Both the position numbers and the translations under genes were made by a program. The notes beneath the pieces are model-generated. The model ran no database searches. It saw only the letters and a program-made list of their open reading frames with translations, and was not told where the DNA came from. Of a stretch of DNA of 53,474 nt, positions 18,510 to 27,062 are shown in pieces. Position 1 is the first letter of the stretch; each line of letters starts with the position of its first letter. The stretch is taken from positions 1 to 53,474 of IMG/VR virus record IMGVR_UViG_3300050139_000115. One strand, 5' to 3'. The DNA comes from a virus (lineage: Duplodnaviria; Caudoviricetes).

Positions 18510-19010
18510 ATGAAAAACGCGAAAGCACAATGGATCAAAGAAAACCTCAAGGAAGGCGAGGAATACAGCGGCCTAATTCTTGGCAAGGGCGGCGAGTCGG
18601 ATTACCACCTGATCCTGCGGCCCGGCGAGGCAGAATCCGTCACTCACGAACAAGCCAAGGAATGGGCCAAGAAAGCCGGCGGTGAACTTCCGACTCGCCG
18701 CGACCAGGCGCTGCTCTATGCCAACCTGAAGGAGCAGTTCCAGCCGCGCTGGTACTGGTCTGGCGCGCAGTACGCCCCGGACGACGGCTATGCCTGGGCG
18801 CAGGATTTCGGCTACGGCACCCAGGGCTTCTACCCCAAGGACGACTACTACAGGGCTCGGGCGGTCCGCAGATTGACCCTTCAACAATTTAACCTTTGCT
18901 TTTCAGCATGGCCATTCACACACAATTGCCGATCTACAAGGTTGCGTACAACCTCGCCGATCTTGCCGTCGATCTCATCAAGAACATGCCGCGTGAAGTC
19001 AAAGCGGTGA
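18510..19010 (+). CDS. DGR1 target B, short DUF1566-like protein (reads through into the avd region)
   Basis: GGELPTRRDQALLYANL, WYWSG, RARAVRR; contains VR1b; AGGGG RBS. Confidence 0.82.
   Translation: MKNAKAQWIKENLKEGEEYSGLILGKGGESDYHLILRPGEAESVTHEQAKEWAKKAGGELPTRRDQALLYANLKEQFQPRWYWSGAQYAPDDGYAWAQDFGYGTQGFYPKDDYYRARAVRRLTLQQFNLCFSAWPFTHNCRSTRLRTTSPILPSISSRTCRVKSKR
18766..18873 (+). repeat. Variable repeat VR1b
   Basis: Aligns ungapped to TR1; 16 mismatches, all at TR A. Confidence 0.95.
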
Positions 19011-19264
19011 TCGGCGGCGAGCTTCGGGACGAGTGTCTGCGGCTGTTGGTCCTGATCTTCAGGGCCAACGTCGCCACGGACAAACGCGCGCACCTGACTC
19101 AGTTGATCGAACGCCAGCAAGTGGTCGAGTTGCTTCTCCGCCTGTCGCGGGATAAGCGCTTCATTTCGACCGGGCAGTATGCGCGGGCGGTTCAGTTGAC
19201 CGAGAGCATCGGCAAGCAAGCCAATGGATGGCGCAAAGCTTCCGCATCGTCGCCTGCCACATGA
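18908..19264 (+). CDS. avd: DGR1 accessory variability determinant (four-helix bundle)
   Basis: LPIYK.AY.L...MPR..K..IG...LLRL..D...IGKQANGW; between target and TR. Confidence 0.85.
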   Translation: MAIHTQLPIYKVAYNLADLAVDLIKNMPREVKAVIGGELRDECLRLLVLIFRANVATDKRAHLTQLIERQQVVELLLRLSRDKRFISTGQYARAVQLTESIGKQANGWRKASASSPAT

Positions 19265-19331
19265 AGGTCAAGGCTTTCATGTCCGTGCGATATTCAATCT
19301 GGTCGTGCCGCTTCCTCACGAGGGAACCGAT

Positions 19332-20666
19332 ATGCGCGTAGTGGACACCCACGGCAGCAGCCGGGACGGGTCCGGCGCAGTTTCCCCGCTGATCGGCGCG
19401 AGCCTTCGCCGGGGTGACGTAGATAGCACGAACGACCGCAGTACGCCCCGAACAACGACTATGCCTGGGCGCAGAATTTCAACAACGGCAACCAGAACAA
19501 CTACCACAAGGACAACAACTACAGGGCTCGGGCGGTCCGCAAATGAATACGATGCTGGCCATGCTGATTTTTCTTTTGAGGAATTGGTAGTCGCGTACCT
19601 GGACTGCCGCAAGAACAAGCGCAACACCCACACCGCCGTCGCGTTCGAGCAGGACTTAGAGCGCAACCTGTCCCGGCTTCACAGCGACCTGGTTGACGAG
19701 TCCTACACGCCCGGCCGCTCGATCTGCTTCATTGTCACCAGGCCAAAGGCCCGCGAAGTCTGGGCGGCCGACTTCCGCGATCGCATCGTCCACCATCTGC
19801 TATACAACCGGATCGCGCCACGGTTCTATGCCAGCTTCATCGCTGACACCTGCGCGTGCATCCCAGGCCGCGGCACGCTCTTTGCCGCCCAACGACTCGA
19901 AGCGAAGATCCGGAGCATCACGCAAAACTGGACGCGGCCGGCGTGGTATCTGAAATGTGACATCGCCAATTTCTTCGTCAGTATCGATAAGCGCGTGGTG
20001 CGCGAGCAGCTCGCCGCGCGCGTCACCGAATCGTGGTGGATGGCGCTGGCGGAGACGGTGCTGTTTCACGATCCACGGCCGGGCGCGTCAATACAGAGCA
20101 CACCTGCATTGATGGCACGGGTGCCGCCGCATAAAAGCTTGCTGAACCAGGTCGAGAATCTTGGCCTCCCCATCGGCAATCTATCGTCGCAGTTTTTCGC
20201 CAACGTCTATCTTGATGCCTTGGACCAGCATTGCAAGCACCGCGTGCGTGCGCTGCACTACATCCGCTACGTGGACGACTTCATCCTGCTCCACGAATCA
20301 CCGCAATGGCTGAATACGGCGCACGCCGACATCGAGGCTTTCCTGCCGCGCGAACTTGGCGTCAGGCTGAATCCATCAAAAACCATCTTGCAGCCGGTCG
20401 ATCGCGGCGTGGACTTCGTTGGCCATGTGATCAAGCCCCACAGCCGCACTGTTCGGCGGCGGACCGTCCGCGTAGCCATCGAGCGCATCAGCCGAATGGA
20501 AGGCGAGGACTTATATCGATCGGCGAACAGCTATTTCGGCTTGTTGCGCCAGTCACCGCAGAGCCACACCGACCGAGCGCGCCTGGGCAACGTCCTGCGT
20601 AGCCGCGGGCGTTCGATCAACAAGCAGTTCACGCAAACTTATCGGACGGCTCGAAATGACGATTAA
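19332..20666 (+). CDS. DGR1 reverse transcriptase (start uncertain: ATG 19332, ATG 19461 or TTG 19584)
   Basis: RDRIVHH, YLKCDIANFF.SI, GLPIGNLSSQFFAN, YIRYVDDF, GVDFVG. Confidence 0.92.
   Translation: MRVVDTHGSSRDGSGAVSPLIGASLRRGDVDSTNDRSTPRTTTMPGRRISTTATRTTTTRTTTTGLGRSANEYDAGHADFSFEELVVAYLDCRKNKRNTHTAVAFEQDLERNLSRLHSDLVDESYTPGRSICFIVTRPKAREVWAADFRDRIVHHLLYNRIAPRFYASFIADTCACIPGRGTLFAAQRLEAKIRSITQNWTRPAWYLKCDIANFFVSIDKRVVREQLAARVTESWWMALAETVLFHDPRPGASIQSTPALMARVPPHKSLLNQVENLGLPIGNLSSQFFANVYLDALDQHCKHRVRALHYIRYVDDFILLHESPQWLNTAHADIEAFLPRELGVRLNPSKTILQPVDRGVDFVGHVIKPHSRTVRRRTVRVAIERISRMEGEDLYRSANSYFGLLRQSPQSHTDRARLGNVLRSRGRSINKQFTQTYRTARNDD
19437..19544 (+). repeat. Template repeat TR1
   Basis: AAC-rich copy of both VRs, ending GGGCGGTCCGCAAAT (IMH*). 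Confidence 0.95.
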
Positions 20667-21168
20667 GCCTGTCCGTTTTTCGCTTGACGACGCGCAGACC
20701 GCGGCCGGTGGGTTTTTCAATTGCGGGCCAGCAGCATTGTGCGCCGTCGCTGATCTACTGCCGGATGAGGCGGTGTCCAAGCTGCGCGGTTTCGAGCGAA
20801 AGCACTACACCAATCCCTCGATGATGCAGCAGGCCCTTGGCGATCTCGGCATCAAATTTCAGCGCGTCTATGAATGCCTCGGGCTCGGCATTGCGCGCAG
20901 TCCGCTTTATCCAACTTTCGGCCTTGTCCGGGTGCAGTGGGGCGGCCCGTGGACGAAACCTGGCGTTCCGGTGGCCGCCAGATACCGGCATACACATTGG
21001 ATCGCCGCCAGCGATGAAATGCGCTTCGACGTTAACGCGATGTGCGTTGGCGGCTGGTTGCCGCGCGCCGAGTGGGAAACGCAGCTTGTGCCGTGGCTGC
21101 TGAAGGAATGTGAGCCGAAGGAAAACGGCGAATGGTGGCCAACTCATTGTTGGGAAATTTCGAGGTGA
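20656..21168 (+). CDS. Hypothetical protein, possible papain-like (C39-like) fold
   Basis: NCGPAAL and HTHW motifs. Confidence 0.55.
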   Translation: MTIKPVRFSLDDAQTAAGGFFNCGPAALCAVADLLPDEAVSKLRGFERKHYTNPSMMQQALGDLGIKFQRVYECLGLGIARSPLYPTFGLVRVQWGGPWTKPGVPVAARYRHTHWIAASDEMRFDVNAMCVGGWLPRAEWETQLVPWLLKECEPKENGEWWPTHCWEISR

Positions 21169-21175
21169 CCAATCC

Positions 21176-21499
21176 ATGACCGCCCCCGTCCGCGTCCAGC
21201 TCTCGCGCAAGAAAGGCTTCCGGCTGCCGCCGAACACCGCCAACGTGGCACGGCCGTCGCAGTGGGGCAACCCGATCAAGGTTGGTGGCACGTTGCGCGT
21301 AGAAGCCGATGGCGACATGGTTGAAGCCGCCATCACGCCGGCGATCGCCGTCGAACTCTTCCGCGAATACATCGCCGGCGCGCTGCGCAAACACCCGGCA
21401 CTGCTCGAACCGCTGCGCGGCAAGCGCCTAGCCTGCTGGTGCGCGCTCGATGCGCCATGCCACGCCGACGTATTGCTCCAGTTGGCCAATAAACCATGA
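21176..21499 (+). CDS. DUF4326-like protein
   Basis: RVQLSR.KG.RLP.N...V.RPS.WGNP...LRGK.LACWC...PCHADVL. Confidence 0.85.
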   Translation: MTAPVRVQLSRKKGFRLPPNTANVARPSQWGNPIKVGGTLRVEADGDMVEAAITPAIAVELFREYIAGALRKHPALLEPLRGKRLACWCALDAPCHADVLLQLANKP

Positions 21500-21762
21500 A
21501 CCGGGCTGGCCCCATCGAAAACGTCGCCTACAAATCAGAGGCCGAGATCCGCGCCTATTTGCGCGGCCTCGATGATGGTGGTTTGATCGCCCAAGAAATG
21601 ACGCAGAAGGGCGCCATGCACGCCATCCGCTTCATCCTCCAGACCCCAGGCGATGCGCGCGAACTCGCCAAGCAGATGCGCGACAACCTGCGCTGGCACG
21701 CGATGATCATCAGCGAAGAATGTGCGCGCCGCGGCCTGCCCGTTGTCGCGGAGAACGGCTAA
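21496..21762 (+). CDS. Hypothetical protein
   Basis: ATGA-coupled. Confidence 0.55.
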   Translation: MNRAGPIENVAYKSEAEIRAYLRGLDDGGLIAQEMTQKGAMHAIRFILQTPGDARELAKQMRDNLRWHAMIISEECARRGLPVVAENG

Positions 21763-21765
21763 GCC

Positions 21766-21975
21766 ATGTTTCTCACCGCCGCCGAACTGCGCGAACTGAC
21801 CGGCCGCGCCCGCCGCAAGGATCAACTCGTCTGGCTCAAAGCCAAGGGCTACAAGCACGAAGTGAACGCGCTCGGCAGGATCATCGTCGCCCGTGCCCAT
21901 GTAGATCACCGACTTGGTTCAGGCCAGCCGCCGGCGCCGGAGCCGGATTTCTCGGTGTTCCACAAAGCGGCGTAA
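21766..21975 (+). CDS. Excisionase-like protein (DUF4224-like)
   Basis: MFLT..EL.ELTG....Q..WL...G; immediately upstream of the integrase. Confidence 0.8.
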   Translation: MFLTAAELRELTGRARRKDQLVWLKAKGYKHEVNALGRIIVARAHVDHRLGSGQPPAPEPDFSVFHKAA

Positions 21976-21986
21976 GATAGCCGCCC

Positions 21987-22991
21987 ATGTCCCGCCGCCG
22001 GCTTACCGACCTTCACCTGCCCGTCAGGGTGTATTTCAAGAACGGCAGTTATCGCTATGTTGATCCCGCTAACAAATGGCACACCCTGGGCCGCGCATGG
22101 GACAGGGAGGCGCGCGCAGAGTTCGACCGGCTATCCAGGGGCACCGCACCACCGCAGACCGTATCAGCCCTCCTTGACGCCTTTCTGAAGCATCGCGAAG
22201 ACGAAGTGCGCGCCGGGACGAAGGCGATGCGCACCCTGGACGACAACGAGCAGGAAGCCAAGACGTTGCGCATGGTATTCGGGCAGATGCCGGTATCGAC
22301 GGTCAAGCGCCAGCACGTTGCCCGATATCTCCGGGAGCGCAACGACAAGGACGGCAAGCCGGCGCCAGTGCGCGCCAACCGCGAAGCTGCCCTCCTTTCC
22401 TCTGCCTTCGCCTGGGCGATGGGCCTGCGCGATTGGGACATCAACGAGAATCCATGCTACGGATGCCGGCGGAACACGGAGCGGCCGCGGCGCCGTTACA
22501 TTGAGACATCCGAGCTGGCAATATGGAAGCGCACCGCACCGGCAAGGCTCCGAGCGTTCGTGCTGTTGAAGCGCCTCACCGGATCGCGCCAAGGCGAGCT
22601 ACTCGCGCTCACGCGGGCGAGCATCACAGATCGAGGGCTTACGATCGGGATCTCCAAGACAGGACGAACCAAGATCGTGCGCTGGTCATGGGCGTTGCGT
22701 GTAACGATCGATGCGATCCTGAAGATCCACGGCAAAGTGCCGAAGATCGCGTTATTCCCGGCCAGGAACGGCGGAGCGTTGACCGGGCGAGGATTCAAAA
22801 GCGCATGGGCTCGGGCGATGGAGCCTTACCTTACGGCCGGCGGGGCGCGGTTCCGGGAGAACGACATCCGGGCGAAGACCGCGAGCGACATGAGCACGGC
22901 CGATGCGCAGCAACTGCTCGACCACGCGAGCCCATCGATCACGCGCCGCACCTACCAGCGCGCGCCGGTGAAGGTCAGGCCGTTGCGCTGA
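21987..22991 (+). CDS. int: Tyrosine recombinase integrase
   Basis: LTGSRQGELL.L, SKTG, NDIRAK, LLDH, TRRTY; adjacent to attP. Confidence 0.9.
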   Translation: MSRRRLTDLHLPVRVYFKNGSYRYVDPANKWHTLGRAWDREARAEFDRLSRGTAPPQTVSALLDAFLKHREDEVRAGTKAMRTLDDNEQEAKTLRMVFGQMPVSTVKRQHVARYLRERNDKDGKPAPVRANREAALLSSAFAWAMGLRDWDINENPCYGCRRNTERPRRRYIETSELAIWKRTAPARLRAFVLLKRLTGSRQGELLALTRASITDRGLTIGISKTGRTKIVRWSWALRVTIDAILKIHGKVPKIALFPARNGGALTGRGFKSAWARAMEPYLTAGGARFRENDIRAKTASDMSTADAQQLLDHASPSITRRTYQRAPVKVRPLR

Positions 22992-23053
22992 TTGTCTAAT
23001 ATCCAAAATAGATTTTAGACAATCGCGCTTTCGACTCTTCTAACCCCTTGATT
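22990..23053. promoter_or_regulatory. attP accessory sites: inverted repeat and IHF site
   Basis: GATTGTCTAA (22990-99)/TTAGACAATC (23015-24); 23041-53 reverse complement AATCAAGGGGTTA fits the IHF consensus WATCAANNNNTTR. Confidence 0.6.
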
Positions 23054-23098
23054 TGGGGTGGCTGATGGGGCTCGAACCCACGACAACCGGAATCACAA
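23054..23098 (-). other. attP core = 3' half of tRNA-His(GTG)
   Basis: Reverse complement TTGTGATTCCGGTTGTCGTGGGTTCGAGCCCCATCAGCCACCCCA runs from the anticodon loop to CCA; 5' half absent. Confidence 0.9.
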
Positions 23099-23287
23099 AC
23101 CAAGCGACTTTTGCTGATTTTTAACTAGAAAACAGGAAAGTGTCAAAATCGAGCAATCGGCCGCAATCCGGGCGATTCTAGCCCCTTTCCCGCTGCCGTA
23201 CCCTACCACCCCACCCTAAGCGAACGCACGCGCCCTACCCCTGATCCAAAGGCGCCCGGCTAGAACGTAGCGCCACCCCGTAAACGC

Positions 23288-23320
23288 AAAAAATCCCAGA
23301 CCAGCCGAAGCTGATCTGGG
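23288..23320 (-). terminator. Rho-independent terminator ending the late operon
   Basis: CCCAGATCAGC-TTCG-GCTGGTCTGGG followed by ATTTTTT. Confidence 0.8.
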
Positions 23321-23352
23321 TAGTTCCACAGCAACGCCTTCAGGGTGTCCAG

Positions 23353-23781
23353 CTACGCGCTCGTGACCTCGCCGCCCGTAATAAAGCCATGCCAGGCGCA
23401 TCCACCAATCAGCAGCACCGACCGATTACCACCACCTCCTACCGCGTCGCCGTTCAGCGTCAGGTCGTCGAGACTGGTCCCCGATATTGACCAGCGGCCC
23501 GGACCTGGACGAGCATCCTCGGGCGTGCCGCGGCTTCGAGACCAGCAGACCACCAGGTGAGTGCCGACCGGGCCGCCGTTTGCCGCAAAGCACTTCGGGC
23601 ACAGGAACTGGATGCCCTGCGCTTCGGCAATTGAATCGACGGGGTGCATCACGACCTGTTCGCGCAATTCGGTGTGTGACCCACTCGCCGAGCCGACCGC
23701 CGGATCGTTGACGATTTCCGTTGGCCAGTTTGGTGTCACCACGCGCCGCAGGAAGTGCGGATCGAGTTCGATCAGCTTCAT
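23353..23781 (-). CDS. DUF6527-like protein (copy 1)
   Basis: CPKC...H...RW..SG....LTL...S.....CAWHGFITGG. Confidence 0.65.
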   Translation of the reverse strand: MKLIELDPHFLRRVVTPNWPTEIVNDPAVGSASGSHTELREQVVMHPVDSIAEAQGIQFLCPKCFAANGGPVGTHLVVCWSRSRGTPEDARPGPGRWSISGTSLDDLTLNGDAVGGGGNRSVLLIGGCAWHGFITGGEVTSA

Positions 23782-24260
23782 GAGTCCGCCGCCCCATACT
23801 CCAAATCATTCGCCGCGCGATTCACCCACCCCTTCCCGGCGGCCGGCCAGTTCGACAGCTTGGTCCAGTAGCGCAGGCGCTGCGCCACGAACAGCATGAT
23901 CATGTCGGTCACGCTCTTGGCCTTGATCGCCGCAACCGTCACCGGCCCGACGTGCCCATCGTCAGCGACACCTGCCGCGGCCTGTAGCTTTCTGAGCGCG
24001 GTGTCAATCCCGCTGTTCACGGCGAAGTCGAACACCTGGAAGGCGATCGCCGGGTCGTACTCGTCCATGTGGCCGCGCTGCCAGAAGTCACGCAGGTAGA
24101 TCGCCTTCGCCCCGTCGCGCGTGAGCGCCTTGATGTCGACGTCCGGGTAGGAGCGCTTGGAGATGCCCCAGTTGGTCTCGCCTCCGGGGTCAGAGGCAAG
24201 GTTGCTATACCCGCCCTCGTTTCCCAGGAGGCGATCGCAAGCAAGATCGAAGCCGGTCAT
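23778..24260 (-). CDS. Endolysin, glycoside hydrolase family 108 with PG-binding domain
   Basis: EGGY..DPGGETNWGIS, FDFAVNSG, DG.VGP.T, GW.NR. Confidence 0.92.
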   Translation of the reverse strand: MTGFDLACDRLLGNEGGYSNLASDPGGETNWGISKRSYPDVDIKALTRDGAKAIYLRDFWQRGHMDEYDPAIAFQVFDFAVNSGIDTALRKLQAAAGVADDGHVGPVTVAAIKAKSVTDMIMLFVAQRLRYWTKLSNWPAAGKGWVNRAANDLEYGAADS

Positions 24261-24409
24261 GGCGTCACCCTAATGCTTTGGCATACCGCCACCATGCGCT
24301 GATTGTTGAGGGGCTTGGCTACCGCTTCGCAGCGCGTGTACTCAGAATAAGCACTGTCAATCACAAGCGACGGAGCGCCTGCGTAGAGAATAACAAGCAG
24401 ATAGATCAT
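24257..24409 (-). CDS. 50-aa small protein with hydrophobic N-terminus (not in ORF track)
   Basis: MIYLLVILYAGAPSLV...VCQSIRVTP; ATGA-coupled on both sides. Confidence 0.55.
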   Translation of the reverse strand: MIYLLVILYAGAPSLVIDSAYSEYTRCEAVAKPLNNQRMVAVCQSIRVTP

Positions 24410-24525
24410 TTACAGTCTGTCCAGAAAAAGAACTTACCCCCTGGCTGGCCGCAGCCGTAGTCAGGGGGCAGTTGCGCGCAACCGGCGATCAGTGCCAGCG
24501 CGAGCGTGGTTATGAATCTACTCAC
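24406..24525 (-). CDS. 39-aa lipoprotein (not in ORF track; possible o-spanin)
   Basis: MSRFITTLALALIAG-C lipobox; GTGA coupling to the upstream stop. Confidence 0.6.
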   Translation of the reverse strand: MSRFITTLALALIAGCAQLPPDYGCGQPGGKFFFWTDCK

Positions 24526-24839
24526 GCCGCCGATTTGTCGTAGTTGGCATCGAGCGCAGCGAGGCGCGAGGTCTGGTCCGCTTTTTCAGCATCGGTCGGC
24601 CCGCGGTTCTCTTTCTGCATCAGAGCAACGCGCGCCGCGCCCTCGTTGACCAGGTGAGTGACATCGACGCCAGCGGTGATGAGAGCGGGGAGCTGGACCA
24701 GAAGCTGCGTGGCGAAGGTCTCGACCGGTGAGGGGGTCGGTGACGGGTTCGAGTTGGTGTGGTTAATCAAAGCCGCAACCGAAAAGCCGGTCTGCAAAAG
24801 CTGCGGCAACGCTTGTAGGACCAAGAGGGCGAGAGGCAT
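24522..24839 (-). CDS. Hypothetical lysis-region protein
   Basis: AAGGA RBS; amphipathic helices. Confidence 0.6.
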   Translation of the reverse strand: MPLALLVLQALPQLLQTGFSVAALINHTNSNPSPTPSPVETFATQLLVQLPALITAGVDVTHLVNEGAARVALMQKENRGPTDAEKADQTSRLAALDANYDKSAA

Positions 24840-24911
24840 GGCGGTGATTCCTTTTCAATGATGAATGGTTAACTGACTCGATGCACTTCGACGCGTTACG
24901 TGCGCGCGCTG

Positions 24912-25322
24912 CTACTTCGTGCCGTACTTGTTGCTGATGCTCTGGAACGCGGAGAGCCCCGACTTCATCGCGGTAAGCGCGGTCGAGATCACGTCGCTCC
25001 CAAATCCCGGGGTATCGACGGCGGTCTGCGCAGCAGCGAGAGAATCGCGAGCGACGTTACGCGCCTTAGTGATCTGCGCAATGACTGCGGGATCGCTGCA
25101 GGGCAGCACGGCTGGAACTGCGCATCGGGAAAGCTGCGCATAGGCGGTGGCGAGTCGCTCGGCGACCCCGTAGCCTTCCTTCGCGGCAAACACGTCGCGC
25201 TGTGCTTTTGTGATGTCGAAGACTGGCGCGCTCACCTCGGTGGTTGGTGAGTTGGAGCAGCCGCTGCCCGCAAGCATCGCGAGCGTGACGGCAATGAACA
25301 ACGATGCAAATAACTTTTTCAT
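24912..25322 (-). CDS. Lipoprotein
   Basis: MKKLFASLFIAVTLAMLAGSG-C signal/lipobox. Confidence 0.7.
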   Translation of the reverse strand: MKKLFASLFIAVTLAMLAGSGCSNSPTTEVSAPVFDITKAQRDVFAAKEGYGVAERLATAYAQLSRCAVPAVLPCSDPAVIAQITKARNVARDSLAAAQTAVDTPGFGSDVISTALTAMKSGLSAFQSISNKYGTK

Positions 25323-25699
25323 GGCGTGGTTCCTTTCGTGGTCGGTTGTACAGCGGGTGGGACGACATTGAGCGCCTCAGCCATCGAGGACTGCGGCGCA
25401 ACAAATGCGGCGATAATTTTCGTGGTATCTGCGGGAGAGACCGGCGGTGTGGCGCCTACGGTGGAGTCCGCCACCGCGACACCCGCGTTGACCGCGATGA
25501 CCTCACGCGCCTTGGTAGCTTGCTCAGAGCGGTGCTTGTCCCACACCCCCCAAACGATCGGGATGACGATCATCACGGCACCGATGATCTCATTGACCGA
25601 ATCGGCATCGATGTATTTGTGCGTCGCCATCCACATCCCGGCCACGCCGAGCATGGTCCGCACCGCGCTTAGCAGGGATTGCTTGGTTACATCATCCAT
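25319..25699 (-). CDS. Putative holin (two hydrophobic segments)
   Basis: Two TM-like segments; upstream of the endolysin. Confidence 0.55.
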   Translation of the reverse strand: MDDVTKQSLLSAVRTMLGVAGMWMATHKYIDADSVNEIIGAVMIVIPIVWGVWDKHRSEQATKAREVIAVNAGVAVADSTVGATPPVSPADTTKIIAAFVAPQSSMAEALNVVPPAVQPTTKGTTP

Positions 25700-25700
25700 T

Positions 25701-26204
25701 TCATTTCTCCGTTAGCATTGCCAAGCTGGCGCCACCGGCGAGCGCAGCCTGAACCACCGAGGTCGGTGTCGGGCTTTCGTAATTCTCAAGCAGCATCTGC
25801 GCGCGAATGAAAGCCGCAAGCTCGGCGCATTGCCAGACCCCGTTCGCGCCAGGCGTGACCTTGGCGATGAAAGACTTGACGGCCTCCCATTTGGAATAGG
25901 GCTCGCCGATCTTGGAGAGCGCAGTTAGTTCGGTGGCATCCGTCCACGGTTCGCGCTTTTCGCCCAAGAGCCAGTAGCATGGCAACAGGCGCGACAGCGG
26001 AAATATCCGAACAGCCGGCACCACGGCCTCGATCACCAGCACCCGATCGCCGATACACCAGGCAACCGCGGCGTGCGCGTACTCGCTACGCGTGAACATG
26101 CGGACACCCTGCACCTGCAGGTCGTACCAGCTACCCCACGCCTCATGTCCCCAGGCGAGCAGATCTCCGGAACGGATTGACGGGCGGGCGTCGGCGTAAT
26201 TCAC
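25701..26204 (-). CDS. Permuted papain-like amidase (YiiX/YaeF, C92-like)
   Basis: GDLL...S.YAHA...VIEA...G.PY...CAEL (His before Cys). Confidence 0.7.
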   Translation of the reverse strand: MNYADARPSIRSGDLLAWGHEAWGSWYDLQVQGVRMFTRSEYAHAAVAWCIGDRVLVIEAVVPAVRIFPLSRLLPCYWLLGEKREPWTDATELTALSKIGEPYSKWEAVKSFIAKVTPGANGVWQCAELAAFIRAQMLLENYESPTPTSVVQAALAGGASLAMLTEK

Positions 26205-26210
26205 TCTTTT

Positions 26211-27047
26211 CTACCGAACAAAAGTCTGCCCGCTCGGTGTCTGCCCGCTCGGTGTCTGCCCGCTCGGTGTCTGCCCGCTCGGTGTCTGCCCGCTCGGTGT
26301 CTGCCCGCTCGGTGTCTGCAAGTAGAGCACCTGGGGAGCTTGAGCCACTGGTGCCGTCGATTTGGTTTCCGCGAAGATCAGCGCGACCACGGCCACGGCG
26401 ACGCCGGCAACCGCCAGGATTGCGGCCCAGGTCGAGCCGATGCCTTCGCTCTTGCCTTGGTTCGCCGACTGCGCTTTGACCATGTTGCGCATTTCGGTCA
26501 TCAGCTCGGCCATCGCCGGGTCGGTGTAGGCGCTTCGCCCCTGTCCGGTGTACGAGGATTTTTCCAAGGTGGCGATGCGTTCGGTGAACTGCGCAGTCAG
26601 CGCGTTTTGCGCCTTCGCCATCGTGTCGGCGGTGGTTGCCACCAGGGCGCGCAGCGCGTCCGCCGATGCGGCCACCTGATTCGCCAGCACCGAGGCTTGC
26701 TGCCCGGCGCGCTCACTTGCCACCGCCACCGCCGCTACGTCCACGGCGCGGATGGCGTCGATGCGCTTCGCCTCCGCGAGCGCCAGTTTTTCATGGAAGT
26801 CAGCGACCAGCTTTTGCTGTTCGTCAATGCGCCTGCTTTCCGCCCCCCTCAAATCGTCGAGCCTCTTGCTCTCGGCCACAGAACGAAGCAAGGCGGTATC
26901 TTTCAAGTTGCCCATCACCGCGTCGTAATACTTATTGTCCGACTTGCGCAGGTCACGCTGCGCTTTGACCGCAGCCTTGACCAGCGCCATGACGTTCTCG
27001 GTCGGGTCAACGGCGCCTTTGCTATTTCTTTGTTGATCGACGGTCAT
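26211..27047 (-). CDS. Coiled-coil protein with C-terminal TM segment and (QTPSG)6 tail
   Basis: Ala-rich helices, WAAILAVAGVAVAVVALIF; GGAG RBS. Confidence 0.7.
   Translation of the reverse strand: MTVDQQRNSKGAVDPTENVMALVKAAVKAQRDLRKSDNKYYDAVMGNLKDTALLRSVAESKRLDDLRGAESRRIDEQQKLVADFHEKLALAEAKRIDAIRAVDVAAVAVASERAGQQASVLANQVAASADALRALVATTADTMAKAQNALTAQFTERIATLEKSSYTGQGRSAYTDPAMAELMTEMRNMVKAQSANQGKSEGIGSTWAAILAVAGVAVAVVALIFAETKSTAPVAQAPQVLYLQTPSGQTPSGQTPSGQTPSGQTPSGQTPSGQTFVR
26224..26319. repeat. 15-bp perfect tandem repeat x6.4
   Basis: GTCTGCCCGCTCGGT units. Confidence 0.95.
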
Positions 27048-27062
27048 CGCGTGTTCTCCGTT

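Larger units (their letters stand above)
17867..20666 (+). mobile_element. DGR1 cassette: target A - target B - avd - TR - RT
   Basis: All components present; both VRs differ from the TR only at TR adenines. Confidence 0.95.

Noticed and set aside
23054-23098. Functional tRNA-His gene
   Set aside because: The D-arm and 5' acceptor strand are absent; it is the attP core.
26224-26319. CRISPR array
   Set aside because: Tandem 15-bp units with no spacers, in frame within a CDS; no cas genes.
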